Shown: positions 50,787 through 60,239 of the stretch, in pieces
Position numbering within the stretch: the stretch's first letter is position 1
Layout of the letters: each line of letters opens with the position of its first letter
Source: an uncultured Candidatus Saccharibacteria bacterium
GTDB lineage: Bacteria > Patescibacteriota > Minisyncoccia > Phycocordibacterales > UBA9973
Assembly: GCA_964412965.1 (NCBI GenBank)
Contig: CAYPQU010000003.1
Coordinates: forward strand, 2,788-66,787
Direction of reading: 5' to 3'
Length of the DNA stretch: 64,000 bases
Translations under genes and position numbers: made by a program
Notes under the pieces: generated by a model
Told to the model about the DNA's origin: nothing
Seen by the model: only the letters and a program-made list of their open reading frames with translations
The model's database searches: none

Positions 50787-51485
50787 ATGAACAGAAAGAA
50801 ACTTGTTGTAATAGAAGGAACAGATGGTAGTGGGAAAAAAACCCAAACCGATTATTTAAAAAAGAGGCTGGAAAAAGAAGGATTTCGTGTAGAAAAACGA
50901 GATTATCCAAACTACAAAAACTTTTTCGGAATCTGGATAGGGCGATTTTTATCAGACCCAAAATATGGCTGGGTTAATATTCCCCCGATAATAGCTTCCG
51001 TTTTTTACGCCGCAAACAGATGGCTAGATAAAGAAGATTTAAAAAAAATCATCCAACACAATGACATGGTCATTTTTGACCGCTATGTGTCAGCTAACCA
51101 AATTCATCAAGGCGGGAAAATAAAAGATATTGCTGAAAGAAAAGAATTCCTAAAGACTTTGGACATGCTTGAGTATGAAGTGTTTGGAATTCCAAAACCT
51201 CAAATTGTCTTCTTCTTGGATTTGCCAGTGGCTCTTTCAGAGCAACTGCTTAAAAAAAGGGATCAGAAAACCTCCCGTGAATATCTAGGGGGTAAGGCAG
51301 ATGTCCACGAAACAAACACTGAATTCAAGAAAAATTCCTACGAAACAGCAGTTTGGCTTTCTGAAACTCAGCCTGGATGGATTAGAATTGACTGTGTCAA
51401 AGATGAAAAGATACGGTCAGAAGAAGATATTCATGAAGAGATATATCAAAAACTAATGCATTTCTTCAAGAAATCTGACATATAA
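50787..51485 (+). CDS. tmk: thymidylate kinase
   Basis: EGTDGSGKKTQ, YAANR, FDRY. Confidence 0.92.
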   Translation: MNRKKLVVIEGTDGSGKKTQTDYLKKRLEKEGFRVEKRDYPNYKNFFGIWIGRFLSDPKYGWVNIPPIIASVFYAANRWLDKEDLKKIIQHNDMVIFDRYVSANQIHQGGKIKDIAERKEFLKTLDMLEYEVFGIPKPQIVFFLDLPVALSEQLLKKRDQKTSREYLGGKADVHETNTEFKKNSYETAVWLSETQPGWIRIDCVKDEKIRSEEDIHEEIYQKLMHFFKKSDI

Positions 51486-51580
51486 ACAAAAAACAGAAGC
51501 CCTGCGCGTATTACGCAGGGCTTTCTTTGTTATCAGTCAGGGTCCACGAGCACATTTCTCGAATCTTTAAGGTTCAGTAC

Positions 51581-51627
51581 ACCTTTCGTGTATTTTGAAA
51601 TTTTTAATTTCAAAATACACGAAAGGT
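51581..51627. repeat. perfect hairpin, 22-bp arms
   Basis: ACCTTTCGTGTATTTTGAAATT-TTT-AATTTCAAAATACACGAAAGGT. Confidence 0.9.
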
Positions 51628-51688
51628 ATTATCGTCCCTGATGAAAAAAAAATTACTTTCTACTGACAGCTATTCGCTTCGCTCATAG

Positions 51689-51759
51689 TTGCCAGTCAGG
51701 GATTCGAACCCCAATACCATCCTCCAGAGGGATGTGTCCTACCATTAGACGAACTGGCA
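51689..51759 (-). tRNA. tRNA-Gln(CTG)
   Basis: Minus strand TGCCAGT/ACTGGCA acceptor, CATCC-CTCTGGA-GGATG, GGTTCGAATCC. Confidence 0.92.
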
Positions 51760-51843
51760 ATGTTATTAATGCTTAACAAATACTACCACAAAACACCAAA
51801 AAAACAATTGTATTGGGTGTTATTTTGGGGTAAAATACAGAGC

Positions 51844-52569
51844 ATGAATGAAGATAAAAAATATGAATTTAAAGAAGTAACGGCTGAAGATATTAGAAAC
51901 GGAGGTATTACACTTAATGCTATTGATGGAGAAGAGGCAAAATTATGTATGATTCAAGACGAATTTCGCACTGGAATGGATCTAGTAAAAGACTTACCCC
52001 CTTCTGTGACATTTTATGGTTCAGCTAGGCTAAAAAATGACCACCCTGAATATATTAGAGCTTACAAGCTTGCATACAGAGTAGCCAAAGAACTTGGTTT
52101 TGTTGTTATCACTGGAGGAGGCCCTGGCATAATGGAAGCCGCAAACAAGGGGGCTAAAGAAGGAGGTGTGGAATCTATAGGTCTAACGATAAGACTACCA
52201 CACGAACAATACACCAATCCCTACGTAACAAAAGAGGCTTCTTTTAATTTTTTCTTCACAAGACAAGTCTGCATGTCATACACCACGGAAGCTTGCGTTT
52301 TCTGTGCTGGAGGTTTTGGAACACTAAATGAGCTTTTTGAAGTTTTGACTATTTTACAAACAAAAAAGGTTGGAAAATTTCCCGTTATTTTATACGGTGT
52401 AGAATTCTGGACCCCTCTTAAACAAATCATAAAAGACTTTTTGAGAGACAAATATGAATTAATAGATGAGGATGATCAAGAAATTTTTGTCATTACTGAT
52501 AACGAAGACGAAGTCTTAGAAATAATTAAAAAAACTAACAAAAGAGACGGTAGTGACGCTCTTTACTAA
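51844..52569 (+). CDS. LOG family (TIGR00730) nucleotide phosphoribohydrolase-like protein
   Basis: FYGSAR, ITGGGPGIMEAANKG, GGFGTLNELFE. Confidence 0.9.
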   Translation: MNEDKKYEFKEVTAEDIRNGGITLNAIDGEEAKLCMIQDEFRTGMDLVKDLPPSVTFYGSARLKNDHPEYIRAYKLAYRVAKELGFVVITGGGPGIMEAANKGAKEGGVESIGLTIRLPHEQYTNPYVTKEASFNFFFTRQVCMSYTTEACVFCAGGFGTLNELFEVLTILQTKKVGKFPVILYGVEFWTPLKQIIKDFLRDKYELIDEDDQEIFVITDNEDEVLEIIKKTNKRDGSDALY

Positions 52570-52610
52570 AAAATAAGTTGAAATAAAAATCCAGCTTAAA
52601 CGCTGGGTTT

Positions 52611-54281
52611 TTATTTTTTGATACAAGCTTTTACGAAGGCGTTAAAAAGTGGATGTGGCTCAAGCGGTCTTGCATTAAACTCTGGATGGAATTGTGTGCC
52701 CAAGAAGAAAGGATGCTTTTCTCTAGATAACTCTGCTATTTCACACAACTGACCATCAGGAGATTTCCCTGAGAATATTAATCCCGCTTTCTCTAGTCTC
52801 TCTATGTATGCATTGTTTACTTCATAGCGATGTCTGTGCCTTTCTGAAATTTCTTTTTTATTATAAGATAGTCTTGCAATACTTCCTTCTCTTAAGATTG
52901 CCTTATACGCACCGAGTCTCATGCTTCCACCCATTAGTCTCATTTTTATTTTTTCTTTTTGATCTTCCATTTCATCTACAACTAGATTTTTAGAATTCGG
53001 GTTTATTTCTCTAGTATTGGCATCTTTTAACCTCAGTACGTTTCTGGCATATTCAATAACCATCAATTGCATTCCATAACAAAGTCCAAAATAAGGTATT
53101 TTATTCTTTCTAGCGTACTCTATTGTCTTTATTATTCCCTCTATACCCCTTGAGCCAAATCCCCCTGGAACAATTATGCCATCATATTTCTTGAGTTCTT
53201 TTAATTTTCCTGGGTCTTTTTCATATTCAGCAGAAGATATCCAAGTTAAAGAAGGTTTTCTTTTATGGTAATAGGAAGAATATTTAACCGCTTCGATTAC
53301 ACTCAAATAAGAATCGGAAAAAGTAAAATCTCCGGTATTAAAATATTTACCAACCACAGCAATCTTTAAATCTTTTTTCAAACCACAAGTTGATTTTGCA
53401 AATTTTTGCCAAGCTGAAGGGTTCTTTTTCTTTTTATAAGACAATCCAACTGTCTCGCAAATAATTTTCCCTAAATTTTCTTTCTCATAATTCTGTGGAA
53501 TATCATAAATACTATCCACATCAGGAGAAGAAATTACTCGATCTTTTGGAATATTACAAAACATTGAAATTTTTTCTTTTCTAGGATTGTCTAGTGGTAT
53601 TTTACTTCTAGCTAAGATTATATCTGGTTGTATCCCAGACGCATTGAGTGTCCTTACAGCATATTGAGTGGGTTTAGTTTTCATCTCTCCTACTTTTGAA
53701 GGGATAGGTAAAAACGAAACCATCACAAAGAAAACATCCGCAGGATTCTTAATTTTCATCATCCTGGCAGCTTCTAAAAAAAGCATGTTTTGATATTCTC
53801 CTATCGTTCCACCTATTTCTATCATGACTACATTAGCATTGGCCCTATCTCTAGCTTCTTCGATTCGACGGATAACCTCTAATGGAATATGAGGAACAAC
53901 TTCTACACATTTTCCTCCGTATTCTAAATTTCTTTCTTTCTTGATAACATTTTCATACACACGCCCCGTCGTCATGTAATTGATATTAGGCAAGGTCGTA
54001 TTTAAAAATCTTTCATAGTTGCCCATGTCTTGATCACATTCATAACCATCATCCAACACAAAAACTTCTCCGTGTTCTGTTGGATTCATTGTACCAGCAT
54101 CAATATTTATGTAAGGATCTATCTTTATAGAAGTTACTCGATGTCCTTGATCAAGCAATATTCTACCTATTGAGGAAGAGGCAACCCCCTTTCCAACGCC
54201 AGAAATGACTCCACCGACGACAAAGATATACTTACAGTTTTTTTTCTTGTGTATGTCTTTTTTCGCCAACGTGTTTCTCAT
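52611..54281 (-). CDS. pyrG: CTP synthase
   Basis: GGVISGVGKG, DAGTMNP..HGEV, KTKPTQ, GLCYGMQ, RHRHRYE, QFHPE. Confidence 0.97.
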   Translation of the reverse strand: MRNTLAKKDIHKKKNCKYIFVVGGVISGVGKGVASSSIGRILLDQGHRVTSIKIDPYINIDAGTMNPTEHGEVFVLDDGYECDQDMGNYERFLNTTLPNINYMTTGRVYENVIKKERNLEYGGKCVEVVPHIPLEVIRRIEEARDRANANVVMIEIGGTIGEYQNMLFLEAARMMKIKNPADVFFVMVSFLPIPSKVGEMKTKPTQYAVRTLNASGIQPDIILARSKIPLDNPRKEKISMFCNIPKDRVISSPDVDSIYDIPQNYEKENLGKIICETVGLSYKKKKNPSAWQKFAKSTCGLKKDLKIAVVGKYFNTGDFTFSDSYLSVIEAVKYSSYYHKRKPSLTWISSAEYEKDPGKLKELKKYDGIIVPGGFGSRGIEGIIKTIEYARKNKIPYFGLCYGMQLMVIEYARNVLRLKDANTREINPNSKNLVVDEMEDQKEKIKMRLMGGSMRLGAYKAILREGSIARLSYNKKEISERHRHRYEVNNAYIERLEKAGLIFSGKSPDGQLCEIAELSREKHPFFLGTQFHPEFNARPLEPHPLFNAFVKACIKK

Positions 54282-54282
54282 T

Positions 54283-55206
54283 TTATCTCTTTAAATACTT
54301 GTGGACTGCAAAAAAACTAGAAATTCCGCCTATAATAGTTCCCGAGCCCAACATTATTATAAATAATTGTAAAAAGTTTGATTTATAATAAGAAAACAGG
54401 TTTATTCCAATAAATTCTGTCATTTGATTACCAAGCCAAACAGAAACAGGAATAAAAATAATTGCTGTTGCAATAGAGGCCATAACTCCAACTATTATTC
54501 CCGAAACCATAAACGGACCTCTTATGTAATCCCCTCCAGCACCTACCAATTTCATAACCCCAATTTCTTCCCGAGAGATATAAATAATTAGCTTAACAGT
54601 ACTAAAGGTTATAACTAAAGATATTATTACTAGAATAAGAGACACAGCAAAACCTAACTGCTTAGCTCCATTGATTATCGAAGTCAATCTATCTATGACC
54701 ATTTTGTTTTGGCTATAATCTATCTTGTCGATAATCATAAGTTCTCCCCGAGAAATTGTATTTTCACTTTCAAAGTATTTAGAGATACTCTCGTATTGAG
54801 AAGGGTCTTTTGCTCGGATATTTAAAGATGCACCAAGTGGATTCTCTCCTAATTCTTCAAGGGCCTGCAAGGTTAAATAGTCATTAGCGTGTTTTTCTTT
54901 AAAATCAATTAAAGCCTGATCGTCTGAAACGAATTCTATGTCTTTAACTTCTGGAAGTTTTTCTAAAGATTCTTTAATATTTAAAATTGACTCCTCTGAT
55001 GCATTAGGTACGAAATAAACCGTTACATCCACCTTGTCTTTTATTTCATCCAGAGAAGCATTTAGAGCAGCTTGTATGAGTATTAGAGAGGTTATCACAA
55101 ATAAAGTTATGGTCATTATCAAAATGCTTGCAACAGAAGTAAAACCGCTTCTTTTGAAATTGCGACATCCGGACACTACCACTCTTTTAAATTTAATAAA
55201 ATTCAT
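54283..55206 (-). CDS. ftsX: cell division permease FtsX
   Basis: 4-TM FtsX layout, NPLGAS, REEIGVMKLVGA..IRGPF. Confidence 0.92.
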   Translation of the reverse strand: MNFIKFKRVVVSGCRNFKRSGFTSVASILIMTITLFVITSLILIQAALNASLDEIKDKVDVTVYFVPNASEESILNIKESLEKLPEVKDIEFVSDDQALIDFKEKHANDYLTLQALEELGENPLGASLNIRAKDPSQYESISKYFESENTISRGELMIIDKIDYSQNKMVIDRLTSIINGAKQLGFAVSLILVIISLVITFSTVKLIIYISREEIGVMKLVGAGGDYIRGPFMVSGIIVGVMASIATAIIFIPVSVWLGNQMTEFIGINLFSYYKSNFLQLFIIMLGSGTIIGGISSFFAVHKYLKR

Positions 55207-55215
55207 ATATTTTAA

Positions 55216-55893
55216 TTATAGCATGTACTTGCCATCTTTGTCGTCTCTTACAACACGACCATTCTCCAAAGTAATAACTCTTTTCTTAACTTGATCTATA
55301 ACCGTCCTATTGTGAGTTGTCAAAATAACAGTTGTCCCTAATTCATTTATTTTCTTCAGAAGATTAACTACGTCGTTTGTGTTAATTGGGTCAAGGTTAC
55401 CTGTAGGCTCGTCGGCTATAATAATATCTGGTTGGGTAATTATCGCACGAGCAATAGCTAGTCTTTGTTTTTCACCCCCAGATAGTTGATGAGGGAAATT
55501 ATTTTCTTTTCCTTTTAATCCCACTAACTCTAAGACTCTAGGAACATCATCTCTTATCTCTTCTTCGTCTTTATCAACAGCCTCCATCGCAAAAGCTATA
55601 TTTTCATAGACTGTCTTATTTGGTAAAAGCCTGAAATCCTGAAAAACAGTTCCTATTTTCCTTCTTAATTTAGTCAATTCTTTAGTTGTTAATTTGGTGA
55701 TATCTGTTGAATCAAAAAATATTGAACCTTGAGACGGATCTTCTTCTGCTAATATTAATTTGGTTAAAGTTGTCTTACCTGCCCCTGAGTGACCCACGAT
55801 AGACACAAATTCTCCTTGAGAGATAGTAATATTAATGTCCTCTAGGCAGACATTATCTGAATATTTTTTTGTTACATTATTAAAATAAATCAT
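55216..55893 (-). CDS. ftsE: cell division ATP-binding protein FtsE
   Basis: [33 protein letters not shown]. Confidence 0.95.
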   Translation of the reverse strand: MIYFNNVTKKYSDNVCLEDINITISQGEFVSIVGHSGAGKTTLTKLILAEEDPSQGSIFFDSTDITKLTTKELTKLRRKIGTVFQDFRLLPNKTVYENIAFAMEAVDKDEEEIRDDVPRVLELVGLKGKENNFPHQLSGGEKQRLAIARAIITQPDIIIADEPTGNLDPINTNDVVNLLKKINELGTTVILTTHNRTVIDQVKKRVITLENGRVVRDDKDGKYML

Positions 55894-55909
55894 TGTCTAT
55901 CTAAGAGTA

Positions 55910-55933
55910 TCACAAATCCTTCTCGGCTTCAAT
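55910..55933 (-). repeat. duplicated prfB 3' end (att-like direct repeat, ftsE side)
   Basis: ATTGAAGCCGAGAAGGATTTGTGA (IEAEKDL*) matches 63808-63831 at 23 of 24 positions. Confidence 0.9.
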
Positions 55934-56004
55934 CCTGTTAGAAAAAAGTCGCCCCGAGGTGACTGAAGCACTCAATTGCTATTGAGGGCGTTTTCTAACG
56001 GGAT
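55932..56004. repeat. REP-like multi-hairpin element
   Basis: ATCCTGTTAGAAAA..TTTTCTAACGGGAT arms enclosing GTCGCC/GGTGAC and CTCAAT/ATTGAG stems. Confidence 0.75.
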
Positions 56005-56084
56005 CAATAAATTCATCTAAATATCTTTAAGGTCAAAAATTCCAAATTACAAAACCTAAAAAATCACAAAACTCAATCTACAAG

Positions 56085-57089
56085 CTACCTTGTAAAACTG
56101 CGGGAGGAACGAAAGCCCAAAGGGTCGTACTGAAACGAAAAACCACAGACATTGACAACGCGCTTGCCACTGCTGGGATCCAAAGTCGAAAAGACAAGAC
56201 GGGAACCGCTTTTGGTAGAGAGCCATATCCAGCCATCTTTATCTAAGTGTTTGCCTGTTTCTTCAAAGTATTTCTTGGATAGTATGAGATATTCTTCAAG
56301 GGATAGAGTGGTATCTAGAGGGACATCTTGACCTTTGATGTTTAGTGTTTGAGCTAGTTCTGGGTGGTCTTTCAAGTTTTGAGTGTTGTGAGTGAGGATG
56401 AGACGGATTTTGTCTTGATTTTGACTTTGGGCTTTCTTGAAGCTTCCACCTTCTTTAAAGTTATCACTTTCCCAATACTTTGCGTCCTTCATCTTCTTAG
56501 CTAGGTCTGGTAAGTCGGTGGTAGGAGGGATTAAGATGATTTCATTGAATCCGTGAGCTTCTATCTCTTTCTCGATTTCATCTAGATTATTGTTCCATAT
56601 CTCTTTGATTTGTTCTTCAAAGTCATCTGCAACTTCTAGATTGTGTTTCTTGTAGAAAGATATGTATTCGTTTAGCTTTTGTTCAATGTTTAGAGTGATT
56701 TGTTCGGTTTTTTCTACCTTACCGTCCTTGTTGATGAAGGTGTAGATGGAGGAGATTTTTTCGGTGTGAGAAGGTAGAGGTTCACCACTATCTAGTCTTT
56801 CTTTCATCTTCTCTACTCTATCCATCATACTGTTTAGCTTTTCTTGCATAGTTACCTTTCTTTCTTCTCCTTTTCCTTCTTTTTCATCTTCTTGATCGTT
56901 AAATAATCCTTGTGATATGGATTCTTTATATTCTTCTATGGCTTCTTGTATTGGGAGTTTAAGTGATTGTATTTTACCTTCTAATATACTCCTCAATTCT
57001 TCTTGAGATTTCTCTGGTTTTGGAACACTTTTTTCTTGGGTTTGAGTGTTCTCTTTTTTGCTTTTGAATAGGTTGGTGAGAGATTCCAT
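56085..57089 (-). CDS. CLec-like variable protein, putative DGR target (paralogue A)
   Basis: Helical N-terminus; C-terminal WL..SGSRLV..LGFRSSRS; GC-rich variable 3' end. Confidence 0.8.
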   Translation of the reverse strand: MESLTNLFKSKKENTQTQEKSVPKPEKSQEELRSILEGKIQSLKLPIQEAIEEYKESISQGLFNDQEDEKEGKGEERKVTMQEKLNSMMDRVEKMKERLDSGEPLPSHTEKISSIYTFINKDGKVEKTEQITLNIEQKLNEYISFYKKHNLEVADDFEEQIKEIWNNNLDEIEKEIEAHGFNEIILIPPTTDLPDLAKKMKDAKYWESDNFKEGGSFKKAQSQNQDKIRLILTHNTQNLKDHPELAQTLNIKGQDVPLDTTLSLEEYLILSKKYFEETGKHLDKDGWIWLSTKSGSRLVFSTLDPSSGKRVVNVCGFSFQYDPLGFRSSRSFTR

Positions 57090-57327
57090 GATAAAAGGTT
57101 ATAAGTACAAGCTACTTCATATAACTACAGGAGGAACGGAACCCCAAACCGCCACCCTGAGCCGAAAAGCCACGGGCACCGACAAGGCGCTTGCGGTCGC
57201 CGAGATCCCAATACGAATAGACGAGACGAGCACCAGATTTGGTTGCAAGCCAAGTATAGTTATCTTCATCTAGGTGGTGACCTGTTTCTTCAAAATATTT
57301 CTTGGAAAGGATAAGGTATTCTTCGAG
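57046..57327. repeat. 282-bp exact direct repeat of 61189-61470
   Basis: Identical block spanning a VR, the stop codon, the intergenic spacer and the start of the next paralogue (offset 4143). Confidence 0.9.
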
Positions 57328-58104
57328 AGAAAGAGTCTTGTCTAGGGGAACGTCTTGTCCTTTGGTATTTAGAGTTTTAGCTAGTTCGGGGTGATCTTTC
57401 AGATTTTGGACTTTGTGAGTGAGAATTATGCGAGTCTTGTCTTGATTTTGACTTTGAGCTTTCTTAAAACTTCCACCCTGTTTGAAATTACCACTTTCCC
57501 AGTATTTTGTTTCTTTCATTTTCTCTGCTAAATCTGATAGATCTGTGGTAGGGGGAATTAGCAGGATTTCATTGAATCCGTGTCCCTCTATCTGTTTCAG
57601 TATGTCGTCTGTGTTTTCTTCCCAAATATCTCTGATATCTTCTTCAAAATTATCGGGTATTTCTACACCATGCGAATCGTAAAAAGAAATGTATTCGTTT
57701 AACTTTTGTTCGATATTTAATGTGATTTGTTCGACTTTCCTTGTGTCGGGGAAAGTGTAGGAGGATTCGATTGAATCGGTAAGTGAGGGTAGTATTTCAT
57801 TGCTGTCTAGCTTGGCTTTCATCTTCTCTACTCTATCTAGCATACTATTGATCTTTTCTTGCATAACTGTCTTTCTTTCTTCACCTTTTCCTTCTTCTTC
57901 ATCTTCTTGATCGTTAAATAATCCTTGTGATATGGATTCTTTGTATTCTTCTATGGCTTCTTGTATTGGGAGTTTAAATGATTGTATTTTACCTTCTAAT
58001 ATACTCCTCAATTCTTCTTGAGATTTCTCTGGTTTTGGAACACTTTTTTCTTGGGTTTGAGTGTTCTCTTTTTTGCTTTTGAATAGGTTGGTGAGGGATT
58101 CCAT
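57112..58104 (-). CDS. CLec-like variable protein, putative DGR target (paralogue B)
   Basis: Paralogue of A and C; ends LGFRSSCSYMK; own TGCTATAAT 6 nt upstream of ATG. Confidence 0.8.
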   Translation of the reverse strand: MESLTNLFKSKKENTQTQEKSVPKPEKSQEELRSILEGKIQSFKLPIQEAIEEYKESISQGLFNDQEDEEEGKGEERKTVMQEKINSMLDRVEKMKAKLDSNEILPSLTDSIESSYTFPDTRKVEQITLNIEQKLNEYISFYDSHGVEIPDNFEEDIRDIWEENTDDILKQIEGHGFNEILLIPPTTDLSDLAEKMKETKYWESGNFKQGGSFKKAQSQNQDKTRIILTHKVQNLKDHPELAKTLNTKGQDVPLDKTLSLEEYLILSKKYFEETGHHLDEDNYTWLATKSGARLVYSYWDLGDRKRLVGARGFSAQGGGLGFRSSCSYMK

Positions 58105-58124
58105 GGGGAAATTATAGCATAATA

Positions 58125-60209
58125 TTATATATCTTTTAAGTGTTCTTTTAATAGTTCTGACAACACTAATGGTAAATTCTTTACATTTTCAACAACCAGA
58201 GCGTTTGGAGAATAAGTCGAAATGACAGCACCCCCTGAGTTGGTAATACCTAATCCGACGACAACAATCCCTTTATTTCGAAGAACTTTCAAGATAGACT
58301 GAACCCGAGAGGGATTGTCACTTTCTCCATCGGTCATAACTATAACAATTTTCTTCAACATTCCTTCTTCTATTTTCTTTTCTACTTCTGGGTCTAGTTT
58401 GTCTTCAATACTTTCAAGACAAAAAAAGTCCGTAGTGGAGCCATTGATATCATAAAGTTTATTTAAGATATTTATCCTTTCTGCCTCACCGAGATCTTTT
58501 GACATAATTTTAATTGGTTTTTTGTCTTCGTTGTTGCCTGCAAAAGAATATATCTCTGATTTTACTTCGAGTGGTTTATCCATATTCATCTTCTCCTCTT
58601 CTGTCATTTCCGCAAATTCTTTCAAGGTTTCCATCATAAGAACTGCGGACTTCCTTTGCTCTTCAGCATTTTCTCCCCCCATAGATCCCGAGCGATCACA
58701 GACAAGAGTTATCTCAACTTCACCAAATCTATCTCCTTTTTTTTCTTTTAACTCTATGTCTTCCCAAACTCGAGGTTCCAAATTACCAGACTTAACTTCC
58801 GCGACAAGCTGACTAGGATCTACCAAATAATCCCCTTCCTCTGTTGGATATTTGGGGACAAAAGACTTTTGGGTTCTTTTAGAAATTATCCGAAAGAAGA
58901 GATTTTTCATTTCTTCCAGCACTTCTACGCCGGTATTCTCATTCACCATACTGCGAACCTGCTCTGCAACCTTTCGATAATTTTGCAAACTTTCTTTAGT
59001 AACTCCTATCTTTTCAGCATAATCTTCATCTGCCTTGTCTTTGTTTTCTTTACAGTTTTCTTTGTTTTTCTTCCATTCTTCAAATGCTTTCTCTATATCT
59101 TCTATCGAAATAGCTTCAGGGAATTTCTTCTCGACCTCACTATACTCTTTTTCAAAAATTTTATTTGGATCTTTTTCTTCTTCTCTATCACCACCTTTTC
59201 CTTTCTTTTCTTTTTGTTTTTTGTCTTTACCGTTTTTTGATTCCCCTTCTCCTTCTTCTTCTACACTTTCATTTCCATCATTTTTATCTTCTCTGTCTTG
59301 TTCTTCTGATTTTTGATCATCTTTCTCTCCTCCGTTGTTTTCTTCTTTTGAATCTTGAGAATCTTTTTTATTTCCCCCTTCTTTTTCTTCTAGTTCACCT
59401 TCTCCGCTCTGCCCTTTACCCTCAGAATTTTCTTGACCGCTATCTTCTTCTTTTTTATTATTCCTATCTTCTATATCTTTCTCCAAAAGACTTTGCACTC
59501 TTGGCCAAATATATTTGTCTTGCAATTCCCATCTCAATGACATTGGAGTTTCAGGATTTGTCATGATATCCATCAGACCCTTCACTTTTTCTATTTCTAC
59601 AATCTTCTGTCTTACATCATTTCCCACTATGCACTTTTCATTTTTTACTCTTGCTTCCCGTAGAAGAGCCTCACAAATTTGAATATGTCTTGGTTGTGAA
59701 GTAAAATCTATTTCTTTAAACAAGTTTTCTCTATACATCTTGTCTTCTATTTCTTTCATGCCTTCATTCGTTCTCGATATCACAGATCTATTTTCACGAA
59801 TATCGGCAATGCAATTATCCATTAACCCAAAAGCTTTAGATTTTTTATTTTTTTCTAAATAATTCTTAAAAGATTTTTCCCCATTTTTTTCTTTTAATAC
59901 TTGGATTTTCTCTGAGAAATGTTCCACCTCGTGCAAGGTTGCAAAAATCGTTTTCTCATCAGAAAACCCTGCTTCTTTATAAAACATTGGATTCACATAA
60001 ATAGTATTGTTTTCAAGGTTAAAAGCAAAAGTATTCAAACCGGCAGGAGAAGGTTCTATCTTTATTTTTCCTTTTGAGTAGTGTTCAAAAAAATCTCTGT
60101 TTTTCTCCACAAAGTCAAAAGCTTCGTTATTTACACCTTCACCCTCAAAAGATCTAGGTTTCGCAACCTTTTCTTCTTTTTTTATTTCTTTTAATCTAAA
60201 TTTTTCCAT
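58125..60209 (-). CDS. HExxH-motif + vWA domain protein (probable MoxR partner)
   Basis: TLHEVEH near the N-terminus, charged linker, MIDAS DRSGS..T..TDG in the C-terminal vWA domain. Confidence 0.85.
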   Translation of the reverse strand: MEKFRLKEIKKEEKVAKPRSFEGEGVNNEAFDFVEKNRDFFEHYSKGKIKIEPSPAGLNTFAFNLENNTIYVNPMFYKEAGFSDEKTIFATLHEVEHFSEKIQVLKEKNGEKSFKNYLEKNKKSKAFGLMDNCIADIRENRSVISRTNEGMKEIEDKMYRENLFKEIDFTSQPRHIQICEALLREARVKNEKCIVGNDVRQKIVEIEKVKGLMDIMTNPETPMSLRWELQDKYIWPRVQSLLEKDIEDRNNKKEEDSGQENSEGKGQSGEGELEEKEGGNKKDSQDSKEENNGGEKDDQKSEEQDREDKNDGNESVEEEGEGESKNGKDKKQKEKKGKGGDREEEKDPNKIFEKEYSEVEKKFPEAISIEDIEKAFEEWKKNKENCKENKDKADEDYAEKIGVTKESLQNYRKVAEQVRSMVNENTGVEVLEEMKNLFFRIISKRTQKSFVPKYPTEEGDYLVDPSQLVAEVKSGNLEPRVWEDIELKEKKGDRFGEVEITLVCDRSGSMGGENAEEQRKSAVLMMETLKEFAEMTEEEKMNMDKPLEVKSEIYSFAGNNEDKKPIKIMSKDLGEAERINILNKLYDINGSTTDFFCLESIEDKLDPEVEKKIEEGMLKKIVIVMTDGESDNPSRVQSILKVLRNKGIVVVGLGITNSGGAVISTYSPNALVVENVKNLPLVLSELLKEHLKDI

Positions 60210-60239
60210 GTAATCTGTTGTATCAAAAAAAGCTACAAG

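Noticed and set aside
57046-57273. Plus-strand ORF repeated at 61183-61416
   Set aside because: Antisense shadow of the duplicated VR block
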